Origin: Psilocybe cubensis | Taxonomy: Eukaryota | DNA length: 64,000 nucleotides | Reading direction: 5' to 3' | NCBI GenBank assembly: GCA_017499595.2 | Contig: CM039005.1 | Location: 2,604,001-2,668,000, forward strand | Part shown: positions 51,498-64,000 of the stretch, piece after piece | Layout: every line of letters begins with the position of its first letter | Position numbering within the stretch: position 1 is the stretch's first letter | The notes under the pieces: generated by a model | Told to the model about the DNA's origin: nothing | Databases searched by the model: none | The model's input: the letters and a program-made list of their open reading frames with translations, nothing else | Program-made: the position numbers and the translations under genes

Positions 51498-52980
51498 ATG
51501 GGATTGCATGGCGGGTGCGACTGGCGGGATGACGGTGAGCCCCTAGCAGTTGGCCAGCACAGTGAGCTGACACGTTTTTTTCCAGCGTTTTTGGGGCGCG
51601 ACAGGCCCGCCAGTGAGTTTTTCTTCTGATTTTCGTGATTCAGCGCTGACTGTGGACTTCCAGCAGCTCTAGGACGACGCCAGCGACGCAGTACGCGGAG
51701 AACAGTGGTGAGCACCCCTCGATGACGCGCTTGACTAAGCTAAAGAGTCCGAACAGCTCTTCACGGTGAGTAAGAGCTCTTGCGACGTGCGCACCCTCTG
51801 ACTCACCATTTGCTCTTACTAGCACCCGTCACCTCTACCCCTTGCCAGCGCGACTCGCCCAACATAGTGAGTACGTTCCCACAGATCGACTGACAACGTA
51901 CCTGACAGTTTGTACACAGCGACGACGCGAGTTCCGCACACACAGCAACCAGCACCCCGGAACGATATCGAAGGTCTGCATCACGACTCACCAGTGAGTG
52001 CATCCCCTCTACCCCTTGCCAGCGCGACTGAACCGACAAAGTGAGCACCTTCCGTCGGACTAGGCTGACAGCGCACCTTGACAGTTTGCACACAGTCCAA
52101 GCCCACCGACGATGCGAGTACACAACACCCCCGAACCACGTTGAACGGCAGGTTTGCGACTGGCTGGTGAGTTCCGGACGCGTTGAGGAATAATGCTTAC
52201 TGAACCCTTGATCTTTAGAGCACAGTTGCACATCACCACCCCGACGACGCGTGTTTCCACCGGGAATGTTGTTGAAAGGCGGCGTCGTGACTGACTGGTG
52301 AGTATACGACGCGTTGAGTTATACTACTTACTGACACATTACCCTTTCCAGCGCACCTGCGCACCAACGATGCGAGTTTCCAACATCGAGCACCCGGGAA
52401 TGAGGTTGAAAGGCGGCGTCACGACTGACTGGTGAGTGTACGACGGGTTGAGTTACACTGATTACTGACACATCACCCTTTCCAGCGCACCTGTGCACCA
52501 ACGACGCGAGTTTCCAACGCCGAGCACCAGGGAATGAGGTTGAAAGGCGGCGGCGACTGACTGGTGAGTATACGACGGGTGAGTACACTGTTTACTGAAG
52601 CCTTGATGTTTACAGCGTACCTGCGCACCAACACGACACCGATGACGCGAGTTGCCAACACCCAGCACCCGGGAATGAGGTTGACAGGCCGCGTCGAGAT
52701 TGACTGGTGAGTGTATGATGCGCTCAGGTACTTGGGTTACTGACTACACAACACATATACAGTGCACTTGCAGCGGGTACAGTGATGGGATTGACCAGAT
52801 ACACACCAGCACGCCTATGATGCGAACACCCAACACCCTGCGTTGCTGGACGGCTTTGCGACTCGAATGTGAGTACACGACGCGCTCAGATGCCCAGGTC
52901 GCTGCAGCGCGCTTGCCGACACAGTGAGTACGTGCCCACAGACAATGTTGAAGACTGACCTTGACAGGTTTTGCACAGCA
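51498..52980 (+). repeat. Array of duplicated short exon + intron units downstream of a TATA box (degenerate repeat gene or spliced ncRNA)
   Basis: More than ten GTGAG(T/C) donors, each followed by a branch-like motif and CAG. A ~133-bp unit cagcgcacctg.gcaccaacga.gcgagtttccaac...gggaatgaggttgaaaggcggcg...gactgactggtgagt repeats 3-4 times at 52210-52715. TATATAAA at ~51383. Confidence 0.7.
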
Positions 52981-55035
52981 ACAGCACGCCGTAGGTGGCC
53001 CAGCAAGGGACGGGTTGGTAGTGAAATGAGCATCCCAAGCAGTTGGACCGATTGAGTTGCCTGTCAAGTTGACAGCACAGAGCTCCACTGACGAGTCTTC
53101 TGGCCGCGCTGCCATGGACCTCATCCAGCCACTCGGCTCGCGCTCGCCATCGAAACACGCGGGATGCCTCGAGGCCGTTTGGCAGGCGGAGTGGCAGCAG
53201 TCCGTGTGTGCATGATAGCTACATGATCATCTCGAAATATGTGGTCCCGCCAAACCATTGCCCAAGTTCGAAACGTTGAACCGTTTCCCTCAACTCATAA
53301 CATTGTCGACGCTTTCCTCCTCCCATTTAAATGTGATTGTCTCTATCTTGGTAAACTATCGACGAATATTGACGGCACAACAATCACTGTAAGTATGTCT
53401 TCAAATCTGCCATCGTTGTATTTCTGACTTAACACATTTTACCACAACTCCACAGCTATGCGTATTGCTATGACCTCTGTGGGTCATCCTATGGACGTAC
53501 CACCTTCGATATCCCTAATACGACGCCCATCCAATTCCCAGTTCGATGCATCGGGTTCAGGATTGCTGAGGATTCGCTAGGAAAGCCGCTGTTGGGATAT
53601 AAACGGACTGACAGTAAGTTTTACGAACCTTATGCTGCTTCAAACTAATCATCGTCTTCTACTTCCATATATATATATGGTGCAGGCTGGATGCATGCAA
53701 ACCAGCTCTGTAACTCGTCATGCTGCCGGTCGTTCTCAGTCACCAACCATTTCCCTTATGTCCACCAGTCTTCCAGCACTCGCAATTGCTCGACGATGCG
53801 GCCGTGAGATTATCACACAGCAACCGCCCATCCAACTTCAACTCAACTCAGCGCCGGCCAGGGTTCTGTCCCTCGCCGATCTTAATACTGACACCATGGA
53901 TCAGGTATTCCTCATCACGGCAGAACGACCACTCTCGTTTTTGTCATTTTCTGGAGACCCGCAAGCTTGTAAGTTACTTTGACCTCTCTATGCACGACTG
54001 CTAACATCCCGAGCATGTGGCTGCCAGCCATGTCGCCCAGAGGTACGTGATTGCGCATTCCACATACGACGAGAACGACACAAGCCAGGAAAGGCCTCGT
54101 ACTCGGCCTGGTTGGTTATGGGTATAGGCCAGGAGTGGAATGACGAGTCCAGAGTCCGTCGACTCCGGGCTCGACAATCAACTTCTTTCTTATCACCACC
54201 GTCCCCCGATTCTGATCTGCGTCGCTTCATCGACTTTGAAGGGTGTCTAGACGACGTGGACGACGACGACCTCGCACATTTGCTTCATTAGGTGTCTTAT
54301 CAGCTACCCCTTAGGTTCTAGAAATAAGAAGGGAGAAAAGCAGCTTTGAATGTGTAGTATTTGTAAATTTATGTGTATGGTAGTAGGACACACCCGGGCC
54401 CAGTAATACATATATTTCACTCAAAAATACGTTTTTTCTCGCTGAATAGACATACGTCACTGATGCAGCGTTACTGACTGAAGAGCGTGTTCTCGTCGCT
54501 GAATACACAAGCGCCTATGTAGCGTGTCGCTTATCACCGAGACGCCAAGATAGCCATAAAATCGCTGGGCGTGTCGCTCAACGCGCGATTATCGACACGA
54601 TGAGCGTGTCAATGTCCGTTTGACCATTTGTTTGATTTAGTACATAACTTATGTTTCATGTTTATGGTCGATAACATACAGAATATGTGGATGATTTCAG
54701 ACACATATTATCAAACAGAAATTATATTTGAAATCAAACGCTATTTGTCAAACACAAAATATGTGTGTAATATTACAGCAAACTTGACAGGATTCCTGTC
54801 AAACATAAAGGTCATTTCATGGATCCACCAAAAAAAACCGCTATTTTCTTGCAAATTGATTTGACGATATATCGGCGATGTCCAATCGTCAGTATCATGT
54901 TGACGCGACGCGTAGTAAGTCAGGTCGCGTGAGTGTTAATAATCAAGGACACGACTTTTGTCTTTTCGGCATCAATTTCTTCAGACATACTAAGCCGCTG
55001 GCGTAACTTGCAAAAATCTTGCGGTATCCAAAATT

Positions 55036-56880
55036 ATGCCACCAACATCTCCCACAGGCTCTTCGCACAGCAGGAATGCGAACGAGGATAGTCGGAGCTC
55101 AGGACAAAAAACTCACAGGGAACGGATCGGGCAGCGCGCAGGTTAGCACAGAGTGCTGATGAAGATAGTGGTTCACACACGAAGGAACCGGAAGACAAGA
55201 GGTCTTCGAAAAGCGTAACAAATGCATCCGATAAAACAACAACGTTCGAGGAAAATGAAGACTTATACCATTTCCCGATACATCTGACGAGGAAACCGAC
55301 CCTAGTACGCGCAAGGAGGAAAAGGTACGCGAGGAACGAAAAGAAATGAATGGCAGGAATGAAACAGATTCAACGATGTCTGAACGGGCACAGGATAAAC
55401 CTAGAATGAGACTCAAGCCGAAGGGGGCCGGAGACATGACGAATACGACGACGGTTATGCAAACAAGAAGCAAAGAATGAATGCGCCGTCTAGAAAAGCC
55501 CCTTGGGTTAATGGATTAGATCTTGAACGGTGTCAAAACATTGCTGAGATGTAAGTTGTAAATTTTGTTTTATGTGTCTGATACCGATGTTCATTTCCGT
55601 AGGTTGAATTGGGGAGTAGATGCCTTCGTGAATTGGATATTACCAACACCCGTAGAAGACGAGATACGTGAGTTAGTTGTTTCTCGAATCACAAAATGCC
55701 TTACCGCCGCCTTCCCCGACGCTGTAGGCTTTCCCTTTGGGAGTTATCAAACAAAATTATATCTCCCTCTTGGGTATGTGCTTTGCTAGTGAATGCATAT
55801 CTACACGCTGATATGAATGCAGCGATATCGATCTGGTTGTACTTTCAGTACCGTCCTGCATGTCATGGCCAACGCTCTTAAACGCCACGGAATAACTCCC
55901 ATGTTACCATAATAGCGAAGGCTAAAGCCCGCATTGATAAATTTACCACTACCCATGGACGATTCAAAGCTGATATTAGCATAAACCAAGGGAATGGCCT
56001 CGTCTCAGGCCAGATTATCACTGGTTTTTTGAACGACATGATACCCAGAGCGAAAGGGAAGGAAAGCAAGGCGTTGCGGAGCCTGGTTATGATCACGAAG
56101 GCGTTCTTGAGCCAGAGGAGCATGAATGAAGTACAGTTTCCTGCAGATGCATCCCAAGATTCGGAGAGGGGAAATCGACCCAGAAAAGAATCTGAGAGTG
56201 TTGGTGATGGAAATTTTCGAGTTGTACGAGAGATCTCTTTAGGGGACGGTGGAACCTATTTCAGCAAAAGGCAGCGAGGGTGGCCTGCCAAGTACAAAGA
56301 AATATGTTGTCAATTGAAGATCCTGCTGATCCCTGTGAGTATACCTTCAAATCTTTTCCTCGGTATTCTTCACTGACCATTACTTTGTAGCCAATGATAT
56401 ATCCAGCGGATCGTACAATGTCCACAAAGTCAGGACCGCCTTCTCTGGATGTCATGGAATTCTGACCTCCACGGCGTATATGCGTGTTGGATTTTGAGTT
56501 CACGGGACAGTGAAAGATCTGTGTCACTGAGAAGACGTTGCGAGCCTGAAGATTTAAGTATTCTACCAACGGTTATGGGCATCACCCAGGAGGTAAGTAA
56601 CTTTATGTGTTATTCTGTAATTAGTTCGAACAGAACAGACCTGGCCTTTTAGATGATCAATCATCGGCGACTCGTTCAAGAATTATATGACAGAAGGGTC
56701 TTGCACAATATCCTCGGAGTGGAACCTCAGCCACTAGTCATTCGGGATTCCGATGACGAAGTGGACGACGAGCGCAAGAAGGAGCCCAAATCATATCTAG
56801 TTGAATCTGCATGGGAAAACGGGGACGGCGAGCTTCAGAAAATCATCTACATACCAGGAGTGGGAGGGACGCCCTTGACC
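55036..56880 (+). pseudogene. TRF4: Trf4/Trf5/Cid14-like non-canonical poly(A) polymerase pseudogene
   Basis: AFVNWILPTPVEDEIR, PFGSYQTKLYLPLG|DIDLV (nucleotidyltransferase motif), DISINQ.NG, KAFLSQRSMNEV, FLQMHPKIRRGEID, NDISSGSY. Stops and frameshifts, plus a deletion of the GGLGSY segment at ~56133. Confidence 0.85.
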
Positions 56881-57187
56881 AGTGAGATGGACTTGGAGTC
56901 ACCATATTTAGATACTTTGTATAGCGTAATGAATATTAGTGGCAATTATACATTATAATCTGCGGAGTATGTCAGAATACTCACCTTCACTGGCATGACG
57001 CAGTGTTCGCAGGAAATTCGATACATACAACGATAGAAATGCAACCCAATACTAGGGTTAGGGTCACAAGTTAGGCGCTCGCAACCTCGCAAATCCTCAC
57101 CGTCAACACCATCCTTGAGTTAGACTGACTAAATAACTACTGGCGCTCACTTATATTGACACTGGTCTCATAACATCGTTCTCCCTC

Positions 57188-57695
57188 ATGTCTTCCCAAT
57201 GGTCTATTCGATTCCTGAAAACCAAATACCCTCGACGATCAAGCCCAAACGATGTCGTCGACGCTATCAGGAGGTGGATTGGGGAGGTATTTGAGGAGAT
57301 TAATACATCTGCGCAGAGAAGGGAAGGAGCAGCGCCAAATGTGATGAGTTCAGGGACATTGGTGATAACGTGAGTAACGAATTTTGGACGGAGTATTCAA
57401 TGACATACGATGTATTTTCAGTTCAGCTCTTCATCTCTCTAACAAAACTCACCGAGATGGAGCACATCATATCGTGCACTGGACGGTTCGGGTGTTCGAC
57501 TCCGAGGGCTTCTACGTAGGAGGAACTCATGTGTTCCGACAACAAGCTGCCACATTCTTGGATTGCGATTTAGAAAGCAGGAGATCGAGGTGGAGGAATC
57601 AAAAATTAGAAGACGTCCCATTCGAAGGAAAAGAAACGATACTCATAATAGGCGATACCCACGACAGTGTTCAAGTTGATGAACTCAGCGAATAG
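57188..57695 (+). CDS. Intact two-exon 151-aa hypothetical protein with clustered His residues
   Basis: Exons 57188-57369 and 57422-57695 splice in frame: ...VIT|SALHLSNKTHRDGAHHIVHWTVRVFDSEGFYVGGTHVF... TATA-like ttatat at ~57151. Confidence 0.7.
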
Positions 57696-57848
57696 ATTGT
57701 ATGTTTGAGGGGATTGACACAAAGGAGCGCAATGTAACATACAATATGATTTGAGCACTATTTGTAAAATAAAATTTCTTGCATTTTAAACCGTGAACAG
57801 TGGGGAGCTCATATTGTCTGCTGTCTGCAAATAAAACTTCCCGTTCAA

Positions 57849-57998
57849 CCTTAATACGTCTGCACAGAGAAGGGAAGGAACAGCTCTAAATGTGACGAGT
57901 TTAGGAACATTGATGATAACATGAGTAAGAGTATTCAATGACATACCATGTGTTTTCAGTTCAGCAGCTCTTTGTCTCCCCCAACAAGATTCACCGAA
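57849..57998 (+). pseudogene. Partial tandem copy of the exon 1/intron/exon 2 junction of the preceding gene
   Basis: ttaatac.tctgc.cagagaagggaagga.cagc...gagtattcaatgacatac.atgt.ttttcagttcagc matches 57300-57455; the donor GT is mutated to AT. Confidence 0.8.
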
Positions 57999-59604
57999 GG
58001 CATCGCTGAATGACATCTCGTGGATTCTTTGTATGTTGTATCGATCAAAGTGTTCACGTCACATTACAATATGTTTAGTCGTAGGTACATATTGCATTTT
58101 TTATACAGATTTAACATGGATATACAGAAATATCATTCGAGGAATCTATACACTAAATAAGATAGATTAGTATCAAGTCCACTTCGAAACGACGGATAAA
58201 AACGGCATACCGAACCACGCTGAGTGAGTGTCCTCTCACCGTGGAACCCGCATGGGAATATCGTCCTGCGGACCACCCCAGCAATAGTACATTCGTGGAT
58301 GAGTATTGCTAGTCAAATAATAACACGCCATGAGTTCATAGAGCAGTTAACTGGAATACAGATAACTTCAACTTTACAACGAACGTACCTTGAAAACATT
58401 CTTTGTTTTCGGGAGAGACGAGGAGAGAAATATGACCTTGTCCAAACTTTGCATCGTAGGCAGGAAGACCTGTTTTAAAAGCTTCATACGGGCCTGGTTC
58501 TGAGCATATTACGTACGACTCTGCGCCAGGATGGTCTGTACCTTTTTTGTTTATAACCTAGTGTCCTGTGTTGCCGATAAGAATGTTATTAAACTTTAAT
58601 CAATATACCGTTGGATGAGGTTTGGCTAAATGGATTTTGAGTCAATACAACGAACACAAAGTAAATGACTACGAAGCCAACTCTGCCGCAACACCTCGAT
58701 CTCCAACTGAGAGAGAGACCCCCAATTTGGAGGACCGGGCATTCTTGTTGGTTTACAGTCATTGAGCAGCACAAACGAGGGAGGTGGGGTGACGGTGCTT
58801 ACAAGGGATGGGAGGATCGTGGGTAGAGTGTGGCAGGCGAAGGCAGATGGATTTGAGCCAGAAGTTTGACAATAGAAAGTATACAGTACATATATTTATC
58901 TGAACTTGAAATCTGAACCAGAAAGTGAACTTGCCCAAATAATCTGCTTTTGAGGAAAAGGACGTAATAGGTATGCGGGAAAATAGATGAAATACTTTCT
59001 TTACAAGCTGTGCAATGGCTCATAGGAGGATAGAACATAACGGAGCCTAGATTTGTGCCAGGAAAATGAGATCCGGGTTACAGTACGGGTGGCAACATCA
59101 CGTACCAATACACTCATTTTTATGAGTTGTGGGCTTGCTTCCAGCACGATTTATTGAAGCCTTTTCCTTATCAGTTAAGGATGTGTGATCACATGGATCA
59201 TTTCCAAGTGAAGCTTTCCAGATAACATCTTTGAGCGAGTTCCATAGATGGGATACAAGAAGACTGTCGAGCTGGAGAACCTCAACCAGAAAACTTTGGA
59301 TATATGCCGGGAGGACATGGGGTGCGTTATTGACGTCTTTAACACGTTTGATTTCTGAGAAAGGACTACAACATATGCGAATGAACCAAAACAGCCTCGA
59401 CCGCGACCAAAGTCTACCGTTGACTTGGCCGTTATGCCGTCAACAGATAGAGCAGTATGCCCGACGAGGAACTCGCCATGCCGCAAAAAATTCGGCTGGG
59501 AATGGGAGGCTGCGCGGATTGTCCTAAATGTACCATGAATGAGAGAGTGGGCATAAACGGGGCAAAGACCATGATACCCACAACCTAAAGCATACTTGGT
59601 AAAT

Positions 59605-60170
59605 TCACCATCCAAATGCACTAGGGTTTATCATCGTCGAGATTGCCAAGATTGTGGGCCCCTGATGCGGGTTCTAAGTGTGATGGCGGTCAATAGTATA
59701 TAGGTAAGTACGGGTCCAATGGTTGGTTGTTGTGGTGATTTTACGGACCCTAAAAAGGTAGGTAGATGGATGGTGGTCCCAATATAGGAATGCCCGTCGG
59801 TCCATCGGCCGCCCCCGAGACCTGCTCAACTCGGATGCCCCGATGGGACCTTTCGACTCCCTCGCAGCTGTGATGTAGTGACTGATTCCAGTCATTGATC
59901 TCACTGGTCTGGGTGGTCTCAAGCCAGATGTTGTTTTATGCCGTCGCGGCGCAAACTACTTGTGGCAGCCCCGATTTCCACGTGCCCATTATTCCTCGTT
60001 CTCTGTATCTGCCAGCTTGTTCGACGAGCTGACCCTCGTCCAGACGGCCTTCCCCTTTGTATTTGGGATGTCTATATACTTCATTCTGAGAGAACTTATT
60101 CAGTACGTGGTACATATACGCTGCCATCGAAGGGGCTAGCTTATCCATCTCCAACCCGGGTAGGATGAAG
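59605..60170 (-). mobile_element. Possible degenerate 3' end of a LINE (Tad1-like) ORF2
   Basis: Broken minus frames give YRHPKYKGEGRL, GTWKSGLPQVVCA, GPIG and a terminal NPSAFGW*, in the order I recall for basidiomycete LINE C-termini. No RT core visible. Confidence 0.3.
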
Positions 60171-60750
60171 ATATGATTACACGCGCTGGCATTACTGTAG
60201 TATAGTGTAGCTTTGTTCCCTAGATATGACCCTTCACCCCTTATAACTTGCAGTTCCAGGGCTCACCACTGAGGTGTTTCCTCTGCAAGCACAGGCGAAC
60301 ATCCTACGCTTGCCCATCTGAGCATCCCTAATAAGGGTACCTGCCACCAGGGGGTTAGCGTTTTAGAGACAACGGTGCCACTTGAGACACGCGAGCTCGC
60401 CGTCTCTTAACATTGAGCAGGGGGCATCTGCGCGGCCTTGTGATGATTGTTGCATTGTGTATGGTACTGAGAAGCATCTCGTTGCGTGCTCCTTTTCCCG
60501 TGCTGCCCCGGGATGTCCAGAGATGAGCTGTAGCGACTGTGACTGTCCACTGTGGGCAAGCACTACATTGGCTAAGGGTGCGCCGGCTCCCGAGTTGCTC
60601 AGTGTCCTGATACAACGACTCCGTTCACAGCAACCTGAGTATCTCAAGGAGTCCACCTGAGGGCGGCTCATTGTTTTGATGTACTGACCTTGTCTCCAGT
60701 ATCATGAGCATTTCTGTCTGTCGACCCAAGGGTAGCTCCAATCAGCCGCC

Positions 60751-61012
60751 CCCGAAGGCAGATTCGATGCGCCAACCCAAAGGCAGCTTCGATGCGCCAA
60801 CCCAAAGGCAGCTTCGATGCGCCAACCCGAAGGCAGCTTGTTGTGATGTTTGGAGAATTTGAGGTATCCGTAGACCAGTTAACCTTCTCCAGGGTGAGAG
60901 ACCGGTACTCCAGAGCACAGACTAGTCAACGTCATCGATGCGCCGACCCGAAGGCAGTTTTTAAGTTTTCGATGCGCCAACCCGAAGGCAGCTTCACAGT
61001 TTCGATGCGCAA
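60751..61012. repeat. 25-bp minisatellite: three tandem copies plus three spaced or partial copies
   Basis: ttcgatgcgccaaccc(a/g)aaggcagc at 60763, 60788, 60813; further copies near 60935, 60968 and 61001. Confidence 0.9.
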
Positions 61013-61518
61013 TGGAGGTGATGAAGGGTTGGAATCTAGGTCGGCCCAACCGCTCGTCATGAGAGCTTGTAACGAGGTATAGAGCGCGAGGAGCGGTATC
61101 GGTAGCCTGACAGACCTGTCAACTCCCTTACAGGTTTGAAAACCGTCGAAATACGCACTCAAATCACAAACCCTTGGTAGAGTAGGACAACAGAAGTGGC
61201 CTAGAAATTTCCGGTAAAATCACTTCGGCATTCCTCACAGGGAAAGACACCGCTCCCTAAACGATAAGTTTAGTAAATAAAACGCATGGACAGCACCGAA
61301 TAAACCTTAAGAGTAGGCCAAATACGATGTAGACGATACAAAAGCGTCGTCGGTAGCATTGTTGTCCGGGTCGACAAATTTTAGGCCTGAGTCGCGGGTT
61401 CTACGATGGTGATGTCGGTGAATTATACTTAGACAATTTCGCAATGATGAAAATACGTACTGGGATCTCGGACCAGTAGAGCGACAGAGGCGAGGACAGG
61501 TGGTTTGCGAAAAATAAG

Positions 61519-62032
61519 GCGCGGACTGTCCGCCGGACTCATAGGCCTTACAGTGAGCCAGCGTGACCTGGGTTAGTGACAGCCGTGCTCAATGTGTTCC
61601 ACAGCGACCAGTGCCCCTCCACAACAACTACCACCCTCCACCCCCAAGCTGACCTTGAGGATGGTCACCATTGTTTCAGCTTTGTAGATTTTTGCTCTTT
61701 ATATTACAATTTTTTCCTATAGAAGTACATACTGTCTCTGTCTCAATGACTACATTGGTGTAGTAAAAAGCGCCCGAATAACAGCTTGCTTGACGTTGAA
61801 GTTGAGCCAGCCAATATCCAAAAAAGCCGCAATGCGCCAAACAAATTCTCACGCGTTTGGCAACAATGCGCGCGCCGTGTAGCGCATCAGACGGCGGGGC
61901 ATTGTTGGGAATCGCTGTCTAGGGCAGTGACCATGCAAGTGAATCCCCGACGTGGCCTGGAGGTCATACTATGGTCACAAATACCCACCATATACCCAGT
62001 GTCCGGCGGACAGTCCGCCAGACAGTCCGCGC
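61519..62032. mobile_element. MITE-like element bounded by GC-rich inverted repeats
   Basis: gcggactgtccgccggac (61521-61538) is the exact reverse complement of 62001-62018; 62021-62032 also matches 61519-61530. No clear TSD. Confidence 0.5.
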
Positions 62033-64000
62033 AAAAAAAACTCGTGGACGAACCTTTCTGACAGAGGCGGCCTAAAGATTGGTGGTAAAAAACCACCGAA
62101 TACACAGTGTAGACGATAAAAGAGCATCGTCGGTGGCAAAACATCCGGAGTTTTGAGAACCTGGTCGTCCTGAAAGTAAAACAGATGAAACGTAATGAAG
62201 AGTAAAGTCGTACTTGCAAGACCCCCACACGACTACAACCATCCTCCTGGAGGATAGCAGTGCTGCGCAAATAAGCTGCCTTGTAGTGAGAAGTCCCACC
62301 ACCTTTTCTGAGACGCGCTATGCATTGAAAATTTGATGGATGTATATAGAACGGAACCTTACCTCAAGCAAAGGCGAGACTATGCAGCGTCGTTAGTAGG
62401 AATTGTTGGTGGAAATTGTATAGACAGCACCGAACACACTTGACCAGAGGAGAGGGCGCAACGAACCAATTCAGTAAGAATCGTGAATGTCTAATTGCAC
62501 TGTTATCTTAGCAAACAGCAGGTACACTAGAGTTGCTACTTACCAGACATGTTGCGAAACTTTGAGTTATTCTGTCTGCTGGACTGGATCTGCGATGAGT
62601 AACTGACCAAAGATACATCGCCGTGTAGAAAATTGAAGGGCTTACGGCGACTCTACAGATATCGTTCCGTCCTCATTTCATGGCTGAAAGTTTCCTTTTA
62701 GTGACATTTGCATTGTACACTACGCTATATTATGTAGATGGATTGCTACGCTACTCGTTCTGTATGTGCTGCATCACCCGCTGGTTGTGCATGGATGGAA
62801 CAGAGGAAAAAGGAACTGTGAGAACCTGTCCAGCTCGCCAATGTGTACCGCAGAAGTTCGATGCCGCATTGCCGTCACCACATTCGTGATGGTACATACG
62901 GCATGAGCGGCATCAAACTCCTGTCCTTTATCATAATCAAGGCGTTCCTCTCTCTCTCAGCCCTCGATCTTCCATGTAGCACATCGTATGGGATACGTAC
63001 AGTTGCACATTAGATTTAATAAATTTAAATCAACTGACACGGCAGATGAAAAGATCCAGTCATCAACAACACGTCTGTGGTAAAACTTCGTGAAATACGA
63101 GCAGTGCACCCGTGCTTTGCACGGAAAGACCGGAGCATGCTACTTATAGTTTATTTTGAACTTTGCATGGAAAGATGTGCTTCCATGTTGTACGAGTAGC
63201 CGTGCCCATGCGCAACGCTACTCCGAGCTTTGTATTTGTATCTCTCCGCATAATTCTATAGCATTCTGTACGCCCGAGCGCAAACAGAATGTCTTTCTGG
63301 CTATCCACCCTATTGTGTGTGTCTCGTGCGAATCATTGGATGTGCATCAAGTTTACATGTTATTTGTTTTTCAACCCATTACGACGTTTTTTTTGATTTT
63401 TTGGGTCAAAAAAAAACGATGTTGGTTTGATTATATTGATACCACCCAATGTTGTCATTGTTAAGATCGAAAAGTTTTTATGTCTCAGTTTTGGAGTCTA
63501 ACATAACGTTTTTGAATAAATCGTGGCTCTGTTTGGTGGGGGAACACATGCGCGTGAAAGTACTACAGTGAGCCAATGCTTATATAAAATTACCTGATGC
63601 ATTATACTCTGCCGAAGCGGCATGGAAATATTTTCACTATAAAAGTTACCCAGGAGCATATTCACACGCTTTCCTCTTTCCCCGGTCCAATCCGTAGCTC
63701 CTCAAGTGTATAGTGTTACCACCTCTTGACAGTCAGATTAGTTCATTTAACACGTACAGTAAGATAAAATAGAACTCCTAATAGGCACCACCTGTTTGAA
63801 CGAAGGAAGGATTATTTCAGGTCCCAGTAAGAGAATAAACGAAGCAAACCGATTACCGATATCATTTCGCCGATATCTCAGTGAGTGTTGGACGGCGAAT
63901 CCTGCGCCTAGGGATACTTTCGGTGAGTCAAAATACAACATGCGCATTTGGGATGTCATTCTTACCGATGAGACGGCAGAATAAAAGCACCTTCAGGTCC

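Noticed and set aside
53360-54290. Intact multi-exon gene
   Set aside because: Splice-like signals are present, but the joins I tried hit stops and there is no recognisable homology. Left uncalled, as were similar decayed stretches at ~18.5-19.7, 24.9-25.8, 31.5-32.6 and 59.2-59.6 kb.
60751-61012. CRISPR-like array (25-bp repeats with some spacing)
   Set aside because: Eukaryotic context, copies mostly head-to-tail, irregular spacing and no cas genes; it is a minisatellite.

Overview
Eukaryotic, intron-rich fungal DNA, inferred to be an Agaricales-type basidiomycete (50-70 nt GT-AG introns). The window reads as an accessory, duplication-rich region; most supplied ORFs are exon pieces or noise, so all gene models here are hand-spliced. 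(1) Bases ~1-29.5 kb hold an array of about 10 paralogues and remnants (labelled A-J) of a gene family I do not recognise. The proteins are largely disordered and S/P/acidic-rich, with a basic NLS-like segment and a C-terminal G-x-R-[S/T/P]-D core. Type 1 ends in a CxC...PGxGxRSDL...CxxCH putative zinc module, type 2 ends in RLDxVTGxxMSQGxRxD, and a Cys-less variant also occurs. Types 1 and 2 alternate along the array, and six copies share a conserved upstream element with two TATA-like boxes. (2) A divergent pair of small secreted beta/gamma-crystallin-like genes lies at 30.7-33.5 kb; one is frameshifted. (3) Bases 34-64 kb are a mosaic of broken gene copies (STE6-like ABC exporter, MOV10/SDE3-like helicase last exon, VEFS/SUZ12-like 3' half, Trf4/Cid14-like polymerase), a few small intact genes, exon+intron tandem repeats, MITE-like elements and dispersed repeats. 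No rRNA, tRNA or CRISPR was seen.
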